The notes under the pieces were generated by a model, which saw only the letters and a program-made list of their open reading frames with translations, made no database searches and was not told the DNA's origin. A DNA stretch of 64,000 bases from contig JAYGDX010000208.1 in assembly GCA_046582655.1 (NCBI GenBank), forward strand, positions 30,361 to 94,360, given 5' to 3'. Below are positions 41,590 through 50,978 of the stretch, piece after piece (position 1 is the first letter of the stretch; each line of letters begins with the position of its first letter). Both the position numbers and the translations under genes were made by a program. The stretch comes from Candidatus Poribacteria bacterium. GTDB lineage: Bacteria; Poribacteria; WGA-4E; UBA9662.

Positions 41590-42537
41590 ATGAAAATTGT
41601 AACCAATAATTTAAGTTCTGACAACCTGGATCAAGTCCGCCAAATTGCACCGCACACAGACTTTGTGATTACCTCAGACTATGAAGACACACTGCGTGAA
41701 ATTGAAGATGCGGACGCCTTGTGGGGGCACGGGATTACGCCGGAACTTGTTCGCCAAGCCAGCCAACTTCGTTGGATTCAAGTTAACCATGTGGGCATTG
41801 AGTCGCTGATGTTCCTAGAATTGGTCAACAGTGATATTGTGCTGACCAACGCTCGTGGTACCACGGGAATTAACATCGCGGAACACGTTATGGCATTGGT
41901 TCTGGCTTTTACCCGCACACTCCATATTACCATCAAACGACAAATGGAAAAAGTATGGGAAATACGACCCAACCTGCCAGTAATGGAGATCGCTGGTGAA
42001 ACCATCGGCATCCTTGGACTTGGCGGTATTGGTTTACAAGTGGCCAAACGTGCTAAAGCCTTTGATATGCGCGTTCTGGCAGTTGATCCAGTATTAACAG
42101 AAAAGCCTGATTATGTCGAGAGTCTATGGGTACCTGATCAATTGCATCAGATGCTACAGCAATCCGATTTCGTGGTTATCTGTTGCCCACTGACACCTCA
42201 GACCAAGGGAATCATCAGTACGTCGGGGTTTGGGATGATGAAGGAGACTGCCTTCCTGATTAATATTGCTAGGGGTAGAATTGTCGATCAGCCGGCTCTA
42301 ATTATTGCTTTGCAAACCAAAGAAATCGCTGGAGCTGGCCTTGACGTGACGGAACCAGAGCCGTTGCCGGAGGATAATCCACTTTGGGAAATGGAGAACG
42401 TGATTATCACCCCGCATCATGCCGGCCAATCGCCGAAGTCGGCACCTCGTGTTTTTCACGTCTTGTGTGAAAATCTGAAACGTTTCACCACAAACCAACC
42501 CTTGATCAGCGTGGTTGATAAAACACAGTGGTTTTAA
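41590..42537 (+). CDS. D-2-hydroxyacid dehydrogenase
   Basis: LTNARG, IAEH, GILGLGGIG, INIARG..VD, AGLDV..PEPLP, ITPH. Confidence 0.92.
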   Translation: MKIVTNNLSSDNLDQVRQIAPHTDFVITSDYEDTLREIEDADALWGHGITPELVRQASQLRWIQVNHVGIESLMFLELVNSDIVLTNARGTTGINIAEHVMALVLAFTRTLHITIKRQMEKVWEIRPNLPVMEIAGETIGILGLGGIGLQVAKRAKAFDMRVLAVDPVLTEKPDYVESLWVPDQLHQMLQQSDFVVICCPLTPQTKGIISTSGFGMMKETAFLINIARGRIVDQPALIIALQTKEIAGAGLDVTEPEPLPEDNPLWEMENVIITPHHAGQSPKSAPRVFHVLCENLKRFTTNQPLISVVDKTQWF

Positions 42538-42562
42538 AATGAAATGATGGAGAATAAAAATT

Positions 42563-43345
42563 ATGGAACTGGGACTCGATGGGAAAGTGGCAGTTATTAC
42601 TGGTGGAAGTGAGGGAATAGGTAAAGGAATCGCACGACGGTTGTCTGAAGCCGGGGTTAAGGTAGCTATTTGTGCTCGGCGTGAAGATGTGCTAAACCAA
42701 ACAGCACAGGAAATCCAGGATCAAACGGGGAATAGCGTGTTGGCAGTAACGGCTGACGTTACAGTCGCGACCACCTTGGAAAACCTGATCGACACAACTG
42801 TGGGTCGTTTCGGACGACTTGACATTTTGGTCAACAACGCTGGACGATCGGCTGGCGAAGATTTTGAAATGGCAACAGATCAGATTTGGTATGAAGATCT
42901 CGATCTGAAGCTGATGGGCGCCGTCCGCTGTGCCAGATTGGTGATACCTCATATGCGGGCTATTGGCGGAGGGCGTATTGTTAATATCACACATCCCGGC
43001 GGCAAACAACCAGATGCGGGATCCTGTCCAACCTCCGTTAGTCGGGCAGCTGGCATTGCGTTGACCAAGGCACTGTCCAAAGAATTTCTACCGGACAAGA
43101 TTTTGGTCAATACCGTTTGTTTGACCTCAATCAAAAGTGCGCAGGGAGTTCGAGCCTGGAAAGCAGCAGGTTCTTCTGGTACACTGGAAGATTACTGGCA
43201 AGAAGAGGGGGATCGACACCCACTTGGACGACTGGGAGAGCCAGAAGAGGTCGGCGATCTGGTTGCCTTTCTGGTTTCTGATCGGGCGGCTTTTATTACT
43301 GGAACAGCCGTCAACATCGATGGAGGCCTCTCTGCAGTTGTTTAA
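42563..43345 (+). CDS. Short-chain dehydrogenase/reductase
   Basis: ITGGSEGIG, DILVNNAG, GRIVNI, PLGRLG.PEE, ITG..VNIDGG; catalytic YxxxK replaced by SxxxR (TSVSRAA), an atypical subtype. Confidence 0.9.
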   Translation: MELGLDGKVAVITGGSEGIGKGIARRLSEAGVKVAICARREDVLNQTAQEIQDQTGNSVLAVTADVTVATTLENLIDTTVGRFGRLDILVNNAGRSAGEDFEMATDQIWYEDLDLKLMGAVRCARLVIPHMRAIGGGRIVNITHPGGKQPDAGSCPTSVSRAAGIALTKALSKEFLPDKILVNTVCLTSIKSAQGVRAWKAAGSSGTLEDYWQEEGDRHPLGRLGEPEEVGDLVAFLVSDRAAFITGTAVNIDGGLSAVV

Positions 43346-43439
43346 GTGCCAATTTACACAGTTTTGGATTGTATTCGCTTCCGTATAGAATACAGGAATC
43401 TGAGTCATTCTCAAGAAATCAGCCAATCATGGAAAATAT

Positions 43440-43613
43440 ATGTCAGGTGAATTAGTTACTCCGGCTAACCCCGTCAAAATCGCAATTATTGGTGTTGGTA
43501 ACCGTTCCAGAAAGAACTATGCTCTGTTTTATAAGCAACTTAAACCTTGGGTTGATGCTGTAACTATTTGCGACCTGGTGCATCAACACACTGATCAACT
43601 TAACAAAGAATAA
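43440..43613 (+). pseudogene. Truncated Gfo/Idh/MocA oxidoreductase N-terminal fragment
   Basis: MSGELVTPANPVKIAIIGVGNRS..VDAVTICD..* (57 aa; Rossmann start only). Confidence 0.6.
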
Positions 43614-43675
43614 AAACCAAGTAAATATAGTCTTCACTTTGCTGAATAGCTCTTGATTGGAAGGGAAATCGCTTT

Positions 43676-44701
43676 ATGAAGGAAATCAAAGTAGGTATTA
43701 TTGGATCTGGATCAATCGCGACACATAAACATCTACCAGGACATCTAAAGGTGGAAGGAGTTTCGGTAATAGCAGCTTGTGATATAGATCTTCAGCGTGC
43801 TCAGAATTTTGCCGATGAACACGAAATCGAGTATGTGTTTGACAGCCACCACGATTTGCTGACCATGCCTGAAATCGACGCGGTTAGTGTTTGTACCCCC
43901 AATAACTTTCATGCTGAACCAACTATAGCCGCGCTAAAAGCTAATAAACATGTGATTTGTGAAAAACCTATTGCTGGTAATGCGGTTGACGGGCAAGCTA
44001 TGGTGGACGCCCAAAAAGTATCAGGAAAAATTCTTCAAATCGGTTTGCAATCTCGGTTCGGTACAGAAGCCAGAACTCTGCGTCGATTATATGAAGATGG
44101 GCTCTTTGGCCACATCTATTATGCTCGTGCGATGACCATACGTCGGCGCGGAATGGGACTTGTACCAACCTTCATGCAGAAATCAATTTCTGGTGGAGGC
44201 CCCCTAATAGATATCGGTGTGCATGAGTTGGATGTGCTATTGTGGATGATCGGCTATCCCAAACCGGTGGAAGCGTTTGGGTATGCCACCCGAAAATTCG
44301 GACATCGTCACGATATCGTCCATGATGGAGATTGGGATCGGTCGAAGTTTGACGTAGAGGACTTTGCTATGGGCGTCATTCGTTTTGAAAATGACCTGAC
44401 CGTAAATCTAGAGACAGCATGGGCATGCCATTATCAGGGTATGGGAGGTTCCTTCTTCATGGGAGACCTGGCTGGTGCGTCATATCACCCGATGCGAATC
44501 TACACCGATCAGGATGGTGAGATGATTGACTATGAACCCAAACCGGTAACTGGTTTTTCCGGGGAATTTGAGTCTTTTCATCAGGCGATTCGCCAGGACT
44601 TACCTTCGCCCGTACCAGCGGAAGAGGTGTTGATGACAGCTAAGATTTTCGACGCCATCTACGAATCCAGCCGGATTGGCCGTTCTGTGCCGATCGCCTG
44701 A
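43676..44701 (+). CDS. Gfo/Idh/MocA family oxidoreductase
   Basis: KVGIIGSG, DAVSVCTPNNFH, HVICEKP, GGGPLIDIGVH.LD, DVED. Confidence 0.92.
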   Translation: MKEIKVGIIGSGSIATHKHLPGHLKVEGVSVIAACDIDLQRAQNFADEHEIEYVFDSHHDLLTMPEIDAVSVCTPNNFHAEPTIAALKANKHVICEKPIAGNAVDGQAMVDAQKVSGKILQIGLQSRFGTEARTLRRLYEDGLFGHIYYARAMTIRRRGMGLVPTFMQKSISGGGPLIDIGVHELDVLLWMIGYPKPVEAFGYATRKFGHRHDIVHDGDWDRSKFDVEDFAMGVIRFENDLTVNLETAWACHYQGMGGSFFMGDLAGASYHPMRIYTDQDGEMIDYEPKPVTGFSGEFESFHQAIRQDLPSPVPAEEVLMTAKIFDAIYESSRIGRSVPIA

Positions 44702-44760
44702 GACAATCACCAGAGAACTATATAGAAGGAGTTACTGGTCGATTAAGGAAAGATGATTTT

Positions 44761-46052
44761 ATGAAGCAGAATATGACCACAGGAAATTTAGTCAAACCGA
44801 CCCCAGAACAAGTAGAGTGGGGCAAATTGCGAAATTGGTGTGTTGATCCATTACGATATGCAGGTCTTTCATCCTGCTGGTTACCAGTTTGGAAATGTGC
44901 CGGAACCTGTGGTATTCAACCCAACTCAACTTGACACAGATCAGTGGATTGAAGTGGCGAAGGCTGCAGGGGCAGAATATGCCGTTCTGGTGGCTAAGCA
45001 CGGTAGTGGTTTTAGCCTTTGGCCTAGCGATGCGCACGACTATAGTATTCTGAACTCGCCTTACCTGAACGGTCAAGGTGATATCGTCGGTAACTTCATC
45101 AGTTCCTGTGAGAAGTACGGCCTTCGATCGGGGATCTACTATCATACTGGTTACAATGCCTATTGCCAAGTAGATAATCCGGGAAAAGTCTTGTCAGGAG
45201 ATCCAGAGGAACAAAAATATTACAACAGCATCGTCATACAACAACTGACGGAACTCTGGACTAACTTACGGCGAACTGTTCGAAATATGGTTTGACGGGG
45301 GCGTTTTATCGCTGGAGAAAGGTGGTCCTGACATTGTCTCTTTGCTCTGGGAACTTCAGCCACAAGCGGTCGTTTTTCAAGGCCCAAAAGGAACGCCATC
45401 ACTTGTACGCTGGGTTGGTAATGAACAAGGCAAGGCACCTTATCCCTGTTGGAGTGCCATAGAAGATTTTACCGGAGATAACGAATGTCCTCAATCGGGA
45501 GATGGGAGTGCCGATGGGACTGTTTGGGCACCAGCTGAGTCGGACATGCCGAACCGTAACCACCAATGGATTTGGATTGCAGGCACGGACCATCTCCTTT
45601 ATTCAGTGGACGAACTGGTAGAGCGTTATTATCTTTCTGTCGGACGCAACACCAATCTTTTGATTGGTATGGTGATTGACGACAAAGGATTAGTGCCCGA
45701 GGCTGATGTCAGACAATTCACTGTATTTGGTGGTGAAATTCGACGCCAATTTAGCCAAAAAATAAAAGAAATCGGTGGTCAAGGCGATACTTTAACCTTG
45801 AACGTTGGACAACCGACTCAAATCAATCATGTTGTTATTATGGAAAATATAGCTGAGGGTGAAAGGGTACGAGAATACGCAATTGATGTGATGGTAGACC
45901 TAGAGTGGGCAGAGATTTGCCGTGGATTCTCGATAGGACATAAACGAATTGAGCACTTTGAACCGATTAAAACGTCGCAAGTAAGATTCCGTTGTGTCAA
46001 GTCGATAGCTGAACCCCTAATTCAAAGTTTAGCAGTATTAAAAAATAATTAA
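44761..46052 (+). pseudogene. Alpha-L-fucosidase (GH29) split by two +1 frameshifts
   Basis: KPTPEQVEW/ANCEIGVLIHY (extra G at 44819-44822), FNPTQLDTDQW..AK.AG..YAVLVAKH..GF.LWPS, ELWTN/YGELFEIWFDGG (extra T at about 45266), RWVGNE.G, SVGRN.NLL. Confidence 0.85.
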
Positions 46053-46275
46053 AGCGTACCTAACGAGGTAGTCGTACATCAACATTCGGCTTATGGCTGA
46101 AAACAGGTTTTACCAATATGCTAGCAGTTAGTAGAGTTTGCAGTTGATATCATCGGCCTGATTGAGATTAAGTCACCAATCCAAATGGTTGCCGTTGATA
46201 GATGATTATTTTGATCAACGATATATAAAAACATTTCCGCAAAGCATCAAGTCATATTCACGTGAGGGAGACATT

Positions 46276-47160
46276 ATGGCAAATCGAATTAACAAAGCAA
46301 TTGAGCTACTTGATCAAGATCAGCCCGTGTATTATGTAGGTGGACATACCGGGGCTGAGCTGAGCTATGAGAGTGGACAGACTCTAGCCAAAACATGGGC
46401 TGACTATATTAATGTTGGTATGGAACATGGCGCATTTGATATGGCTGGGCTAGACCGATTTATGCAGGGACTAGCTGATGGTGGTCCAACCAACAGCGGA
46501 CATCGTACCCCGGCGGTGATTGTAGAGATGCCGGTTGAAGGTAGTAGCACAGATGTGATCAGGGCGAATGCTTGGCAGTTCAGGCAGGTCTTGGCACGGG
46601 GGGTACACGGTATTCTGTTATGCCATGCGGAATCTCCAGAAGCAGTTAAGGCATTTGTAGAAGCTTGCCGTTATCCTTTCCAGACTATCGGTGTCGGCAC
46701 CCAATTGGATGTTGGGCGCAGAGGATCAGCCGGTCAAGGTTCTGCGGCACCGATCTGGGGTGTTTCTACCGATCAATATCTGGAGAAAGCGGATCCGTGG
46801 CCGCTGAATCCGGGTGGTGAACTGATGCTGGGATTAAAAATCGAAAACAGGCGTGCTCTGCAAAATGTTGAGATGACAATTCAGGTTCCCGGCATTGCTT
46901 TTGCCGAATGGGGGCCTGGGGACATGGGAATGTCTTTCGGTTACCGAAACACCCCAAGTCCATATCCCGCCGAAATGCTAGAAGCCAGAGATAGGGTTTT
47001 CACCGCTTGCAAAGCGGCTGGAGTTGCTTTCTTAGAAGGCGCCAGTCCTGATGGTGTTCCAGACAGCATTGACCAAGGTGTGAGAATCTTTTCTGCTGGA
47101 CATGCTGGAGAGGTGGCCACTGCCGGTCGAGCTTATATGAATAGGTCAATGCCTGTCTAA
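46276..47160 (+). CDS. HpcH/HpaI aldolase/citrate lyase family protein
   Basis: MEHGAFD, QVLARGVHGILLCHAE, KIEN..AL.N, FAEWGPGD..MS; ATG at 46276 follows GAGGGAG. Confidence 0.85.
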   Translation: MANRINKAIELLDQDQPVYYVGGHTGAELSYESGQTLAKTWADYINVGMEHGAFDMAGLDRFMQGLADGGPTNSGHRTPAVIVEMPVEGSSTDVIRANAWQFRQVLARGVHGILLCHAESPEAVKAFVEACRYPFQTIGVGTQLDVGRRGSAGQGSAAPIWGVSTDQYLEKADPWPLNPGGELMLGLKIENRRALQNVEMTIQVPGIAFAEWGPGDMGMSFGYRNTPSPYPAEMLEARDRVFTACKAAGVAFLEGASPDGVPDSIDQGVRIFSAGHAGEVATAGRAYMNRSMPV

Positions 47161-47276
47161 AAGCCGGAAAGAATATGAGTTATCTAAACAATATTTTATG
47201 TTGTTATAGTCTAAATGAGAGTTTCCCTGAGAAGACATGACAAAAATTCAAAAATTGTCTAAGCAGTCAAAGGAAC

Positions 47277-48026
47277 TTGCCTAATTTGAAACAGAACTTG
47301 TTTGAACTTGATGTCTATGGATTTACTATTTTGGAAGAAGTTCTATCACCAGATGATGTTTCAGCAATGAAAGAAGCTCTAATCCAGTTGTGCAATCTAC
47401 ACGGAGAGGATAGAGGAGACTGTATCCACATTTCCAATCTGTTAGTCAGGGATCCGATTTTTTTCAAAGTTATCGATCATCCAAAAGTATTGCCTCTGTT
47501 GGAAGCTTGTATGGGACATGTCAGGCGATTACCTTTGATTATCGGCAGCCTGAACGCCCGAATCGTCCGGCCGGGAGATCCGGGTCAACGGATACATGGA
47601 GACATTTTAGATGACTTGATGAAAATGGATGGTAAAAATCCCGTGATGATGAATACTGTCTGGATGCTCGATGATTTTATACCTGAAATTGGAGCCACCC
47701 GAATTGTTCCCGGTAGCCACAAGAGTGGAATGAGTTTACCACCGGAGGAATTTGAGCTGAAACATATCGTGGCAGCTACCGCTTTAGCAGGTAGTGTTTT
47801 AATCTTTAACGGTCAATGTTGGCATGGTGGGGGTGCCAACATCGGTCAGATTCACCAACATGCTATTTTCGGGCACTATCGAATTGGACCGATGATGCGC
47901 TTCCAATATGATCCCCATCAGAATTTTCCTGCAGAATGGTTAGAATTATTAACAGATAAACAAAAACAATTGATGAGAATGCAAGATGGAGTTGGTAAAC
48001 CTCATGGTGCTGATGAGTATGAATAA
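47277..48026 (+). CDS. Phytanoyl-CoA dioxygenase (PhyH) family Fe(II)/2-oxoglutarate dioxygenase
   Basis: GFTILEEVL, HGD (HxD), WMLDDF...GATRIVPGSHK, AGSVLIF...WHGGGAN. Confidence 0.85.
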   Translation: MPNLKQNLFELDVYGFTILEEVLSPDDVSAMKEALIQLCNLHGEDRGDCIHISNLLVRDPIFFKVIDHPKVLPLLEACMGHVRRLPLIIGSLNARIVRPGDPGQRIHGDILDDLMKMDGKNPVMMNTVWMLDDFIPEIGATRIVPGSHKSGMSLPPEEFELKHIVAATALAGSVLIFNGQCWHGGGANIGQIHQHAIFGHYRIGPMMRFQYDPHQNFPAEWLELLTDKQKQLMRMQDGVGKPHGADEYE

Positions 48027-48344
48027 CACATCACTAGACTTAAAACCGGTTTCGTGTGGCAATTCTATATTGCTTGTTATTAGTTTGGATTCGGCAGTCT
48101 CTGAAATGTGTAATCCACAAAGGGCAGAGTGGCTATTACAGGCTGTGCCCAACATTCCAATATGACGTAGGGAAATTAATTATGAGTCTTCTACCCTCTT
48201 GGCACGATGCGTAAATAGTTATAAAGAAAAGGTCATAAAAATGGAGCCTCTACCATGCTTCTTGTTTTGCCAACTGACTAACGAAAGCCATACGAAAAGC
48301 ACGATGGGAGTTGGTTGCACGGCTTAGCAAGCATTATACGATCG

Positions 48345-49157
48345 CTAGTAGACGTTAAAAGGTGTGCGCTTAATTTGTCCCCACGTTAAGGCCAACAGTT
48401 TATCTGTTAGTTCAATTGATAACTCCTGCATCGATTCCTTAATCGCATTTCCCTTCAGTACCCCGTCGTGAACCCTAATTTCGTCAATTACGCCGTTAAA
48501 CGGTATACCGAAATCGTTATTCTCTGCATTGGCACCAAGCACGTAGGCATTGTGTTTGCCGTTCTGATGGAACAATCGGTTACCTTTTGTTGCTTGCGAT
48601 TTGACTTTTTTACCGTTGAGGTAGAGTAGATGTGCTGGTGCATCTACATCGAAAACGTAAGCAAAATGGTACCATTGATCCGTTTGGATCGCTTTTGACG
48701 AAAGAAAAGATTCCCAGCCACCCCCCTGCGTCCATAAACGCCCTGTTAGTACTGGAGCAGAGTTCCAATCTTTAGTCAGCCCAAGTCCCACCCAGATAAT
48801 CACGTTGGTGCTTTCGCCATTCCCGATGTCCGCCGCTGTGTTGATAATAAACCCATTGATTTGATGAGGTTTGAACCACCCCTCAATGGTGAAACTGCTA
48901 GGAAAGTTGATATTGGCATTTTTAGAAATAGCGTAGTTTTTTGGATGACCGTTGAATTCAAGACCTCCTCCTCTGATGCCGTCAGCCCATTTCATTGTTC
49001 CTACTAGTTTCAAATCAGCTTTATTACCCGACTCATCTCGTACAGTTTTACCTTCACCCTCGTTCATTCGCCAGAAGGCCACTATTTCTGGACATGCGGT
49101 TCCAATTAGATTCCATAAAATCAGCATAAGCAACTTTCCAAGCACAAATTGCTTCAT
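48345..49157 (-). CDS. Secreted LamG/concanavalin A-like domain protein
   Basis: AFW.MNEGEG..V.D.SGN, FTIEGW.K, WYHFAYV, LYLNG, FNGVIDEIRV; C-terminal DKLLALTWGQIK. Confidence 0.85.
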   Translation of the reverse strand: MKQFVLGKLLMLILWNLIGTACPEIVAFWRMNEGEGKTVRDESGNKADLKLVGTMKWADGIRGGGLEFNGHPKNYAISKNANINFPSSFTIEGWFKPHQINGFIINTAADIGNGESTNVIIWVGLGLTKDWNSAPVLTGRLWTQGGGWESFLSSKAIQTDQWYHFAYVFDVDAPAHLLYLNGKKVKSQATKGNRLFHQNGKHNAYVLGANAENNDFGIPFNGVIDEIRVHDGVLKGNAIKESMQELSIELTDKLLALTWGQIKRTPFNVY

Positions 49158-49239
49158 GGTAAATCTGCTATCGCTCTAGGGAGTCTCATTGACTGGTCAT
49201 AGCCGAATTTCTTTCTTTTCTCTACGTAATTCACACAAC

Positions 49240-50271
49240 CTATTTCTTTCCTAGTAAGGCGAGCATGGCATCACCAAATCCTCTGCCCATTTGGGAGAAA
49301 GTGATAGTACTACCAAGATAATGAAAAGGATAGTCAGAACCAACCTTTTCCCATTCTTCAATGTGCTCTCGCCATCCTTTCTTAAAGACGGCGTCGGCGG
49401 TCATATCCCAGTACTGATTGGTTTTGACTACGGCCACGTTACCCTTGAACTCAGGTAATTTGGTAGGGGCCGCTTGGGCATCCTTGAAGGCTTGTTTCTT
49501 CGTGTTAGATTCCTCCTCTATACCACCTACGCCAAGTTGACCGATGACGAAGGCCATCTTGAGTACTTTCAAGTCCTTGCGAACGTCACGGATGAAGTTG
49601 GCCATGTTCTCCGCATATTCGGCAGTAGCAATTGGATTGATCATGTCGTTCCAACCTTGGAACCAAACGAATCCGGAGATCTCATATCCCTGACCTTCGT
49701 AAGCAGGGAAATACTCTTTGAGATTGCTGAGAGTATCAGATACATCGGCCAACATTGCCCGATAATAGTAACCTACCTTGGCTTTTATGTCCGCCATGAT
49801 AATCTCGGGTTGTTTTTCCTTCGCGCGTTTAAGCATCTCGTTGATTACTTCTTGAGCGGGCATACCTGAGCTTGGCGGACGAAAGTCAAGGTGAAGACTT
49901 TTGCCGCCCCAAGCCGTCTTGATGATCAGGATTTGCTCATCGTATTTTTCACTGATTGTGTTGCCAAACTCGAGTTCAGGGCCAATGCATCCTGGGCTGC
50001 CATAACCAACAGTGAGATTACCCTTTCGGTCGAGAAACTTAATCCAGACATCTTCACGTTCAATCCAATTGCCGTCCTTATGCAGGTGATCAAAGAGATT
50101 CGCTGTCTCAGGCTGGGTGATCTGGTACTCAAGCAAGGAAACTTTTCCTTTCCCTTCCATGTTAGATTGACCAGCAAGGATAAAGACCTTTACGGGATTA
50201 GACGCTGCGGCAGTGAGGTTAAAGGATGCTAGCAGGAAAAACGAAAGAATGGAATAAAAGAAGATTGGCAT
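49240..50271 (-). CDS. Sialate O-acetylesterase (SASA / SGNH carbohydrate esterase)
   Basis: Signal peptide from ATG 50271; VKVFILAGQSNMEG, GPELEFG, IKTAWGGKSL, GFVWFQGWND, FHYLG. Confidence 0.88.
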   Translation of the reverse strand: MPIFFYSILSFFLLASFNLTAAASNPVKVFILAGQSNMEGKGKVSLLEYQITQPETANLFDHLHKDGNWIEREDVWIKFLDRKGNLTVGYGSPGCIGPELEFGNTISEKYDEQILIIKTAWGGKSLHLDFRPPSSGMPAQEVINEMLKRAKEKQPEIIMADIKAKVGYYYRAMLADVSDTLSNLKEYFPAYEGQGYEISGFVWFQGWNDMINPIATAEYAENMANFIRDVRKDLKVLKMAFVIGQLGVGGIEEESNTKKQAFKDAQAAPTKLPEFKGNVAVVKTNQYWDMTADAVFKKGWREHIEEWEKVGSDYPFHYLGSTITFSQMGRGFGDAMLALLGKK

Positions 50272-50531
50272 GGTTCTGTAGGCTAATAGGAAGTTGATAG
50301 GTGCCATCTCTCCCATTCGTTGATGCCACTTTCCTCCATCAATAACGTTCGAAATATAGATCAGGTCGAGTGCATTTTGGATTTCTGTTTGAGTGAAAAA
50401 CTTTTCAAACAAATTACAGGCAAATTCGAAATTACCCATCGTTTTACTTCTTATGTATTTATTAACAAACTGTATTAAAAGAATTCCCAACTCAAAAACA
50501 ATCTACGGTAGTATCACTTAGAATTGAAACT

Positions 50532-50591
50532 AACTAACGTTTCGGATGTAGGTACAGCTATTTGCCGTTACCTGCATCCGGCTTGCTGGCG
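50532..50591 (-). mobile_element. Integron attC-like site (slightly degenerate)
   Basis: Minus strand CGCCAGC-AAGC-CGGATGCAGGTA..TACCTACATCCG-AAAC-GTTAGTT: near-perfect 12-bp stem, R' begins GTTAG (one mismatch to GTTRRRY), R'' has AAC>AGC. Confidence 0.6.
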
Positions 50592-50897
50592 GAAAACCAG
50601 GCATAACATTCAACAAAATCCAACTTGTCGAGCTTCAGTTAAGACTATCTGCTCCCTGTATCCCCTCACGCCAAAAGGCGTCTCGGCAGATACCTGATTC
50701 CAGTTCAGACAATCAACGGAGTTCCACACGTTTCCTTTCACCACCCCCAGGTTCTGTGTATCGCGGATGCTGAACGGACATGCTTCAGCTAGTCCTAGTC
50801 ACCACGAAGGTGACTCAGGCACGTAGCCCCTGGTCCCCTGCTTCCATTGCTTATGCTCCTCCGTGATAATTCTCCGTGAAAGTGTGGAAATTGATTG

Positions 50898-50967
50898 AAA
50901 GGACGGTTCAACTGAGGCGCAAATGAAAGCCGCGCTTTCATTTGTTTCGTTCAGTTGGTTGCTCGAT
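50898..50967 (-). mobile_element. Degenerate attC-like site just downstream of the sulfatase stop
   Basis: Nested inverted repeats CAACTGA/TCAGTTG and CAAATGAAAGC/GCTTTCATTTG; minus-strand ends ATCGAGC and GTCCTTT each one change from GAAC/GTTC cores. Confidence 0.5.
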
Positions 50968-50978
50968 TCTTTCTTTAG

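Noticed and set aside
50272..50490. N-terminal extension of the SASA esterase in the ORF track
   Set aside because: The signal peptide begins at ATG 50271; the upstream part looks like intergenic or cassette debris
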